A stretch of DNA of 63,980 bases, the filler included, from Welwitschia mirabilis (lineage: Eukaryota), in the NCBI GenBank assembly GCA_051453625.1. It is 7 parts of one record of this genome, joined end to end, with 100 filler letters (N's around TTAATTAATTAA, not from the genome) between each part and the next. Parts side by side here need not be neighbours in the genome. Positions count along the whole stretch, not along the records: positions 62,523 to 63,980 come from JBOZIK010000001.1; 6 more parts are not named here. One strand, written 5' to 3'. Positions 62,523 to 63,980 of this stretch are shown in pieces. The notes beneath the pieces are model-generated. The model made no database searches and was not told where the DNA came from. It saw only the letters and a program-made list of their open reading frames with translations. Each line of letters begins with the position of its first letter. The stretch's first letter is position 1. The position numbers were made by a program, and so were the translations under genes.

Positions 62523-63980
62523 ATATAATTAAAGAAACCTGTCACGAATCTAGAACAACATAAACTATGAGGGATAAGTTCCTACAATTATTAACAAAAG
62601 GGGTAATTCATATTAAAAATATAAAAAGCATCTATATCACAAAGTAGTCGTTCCTCAATGAAGGATACGCCGTCCAACACCAAGGTAACATCTCTCTGGA
62701 TTATAAGATGATTCTTCGGTTCCAAGATCTCCTGTCACGAGAATGTCAGGTACTGTTGAAGATGATTAGGAATTAAGGGGAATACTTTTATTTATAGACA
62801 GAAAGGGAAAGGGAACTGATAAAAAGATAAAGTAAAAACTCTAGCTAACATGCATAAGAAAGTCACAATAAACTGGAGATAACTCGAGAATACATTCTAT
62901 GAAAGTGATAGAGAATAGTATCATATTGATGGTCATCCAAACAATTTAGGAGACAATGAGGATTGACAATGATTTATTTGCTTAGATTCTAGTTTACTAC
63001 TTGTGATCTACATGCAAACTATTGTCGACTGGTTTGAAAGATGTCATCCACTAGTATCATCTGGACAATGAGGTGGACGGTGATGTTTGATAGTAATATC
63101 TTCAGTTCAACTGCAAGTTATTTTGAAAGAACTCTGTTTGTCACTCAATTGGGGTTGTCGTCCTGACTGTCATATGGATGACAGAAGGAACGAGAGTTTT
63201 TTCTTAATCTTTTATTAGTGGAATTGCTTTAGAATCTGTAGAATTATGATCCAAAAATGATACTCTTCTAAATCTATATGAATTACTTGTATTATATCTG
63301 ATATTTACATGTTTTTATTTTGTGCTCCTGGATTCTCGATTATCAAAGGAACTAAGTATTTATTTGTTAATTTATCTGTAAAACAACTTAAAATAATCTA
63401 AGAAATACACCTAAGTTGGTGTCATAACATAGCCCTCCACTTAGCCTTCTTAGTCCCTGACAAAGCTAAGTAGTAAACTATGTTTGCAAGCCAACTTTTT
63501 AAACACTAAAAACTCGGATATCTAAGGAATGTATTTGATAAAAAGGTAGCAGTAATGGATTGAATTTATAAAGATTCAAAAACTGAATAAAATACCTAGT
63601 AAGTAATAGATGTGTGTCATATGGTTTGTTGTCCAGATGATAAGTAGGACGACAGGCTTTCCAAAAGTTTTTTAGAGTTTGGAACTTATGACAGAAAGCA
63701 GATTTTGCATTAATTATAAAGTCTTGATAAATAGATCCTCCTGTGATAAACAGTTAAATATAATCATGTAAGAATTAAGGAGAATTTATGATAATGATTT
63801 ATCCTAATCGAAAAAATTGGATCAGAAATATGCAATATTGTAGATATATGTGTTTCCTGCCCCCCACTTAAAATATGCAATGCATCTCGAATTACCTAAA
63901 CTAATGAAAGTGAAAAATATGAATGGAAAGAAACGTGAACATAACTAGAATGAAAACTATGAAATGAGTAAGGTTTTAAG
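62523..63980 (-). mobile_element. Athila-like partial 3' LTR (62523-63429) and 3' UTR
   Basis: Reverse-complement homologue of 51400-52750; LTR start ..ATAACA 63429; PPT CCCTCCACTT; internal CCCCCCACTTAAAATATGCAATGCATC ~63860. Confidence 0.88.

Overview
AT-rich plant draft assembly, almost entirely old, CpG/CHG-deaminated transposon debris. I can see no intact host protein-coding gene, rRNA, tRNA or CRISPR. Six artificial 100-bp linkers (44N-TTAATTAATTAA-44N) split the window into seven contig blocks, and many small gaps have duplicated flanks. Block 1 (1-15899) holds Copia remnants, a candidate solo LTR, an intron-containing hAT transposase fragment, a cluster of tRNA-Gly-derived SINE-like repeats and a CpG-retaining segment that may start a spliced minus-strand transcript. 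Positions 16000-40061 form a three-level nest: a gag-protease-only Athila-like Gypsy element contains Sirevirus-like Copia A, whose 5' LTR contains related Copia B (perfect TTTTA target duplication). Both A and B appear to lack the capsid part of gag. Positions 43390-51029 form a second nest (Ale-like Copia, Athila integrase, Athila LTRs). The rest is further Athila LTRs, gag-protease and Copia gag debris. I found no convincing new biological system. The best leads are the short-gag Sirevirus family, the SINE family, the putative spliced ncRNA and a possible pararetrovirus remnant. All alignments and translations were done by eye.
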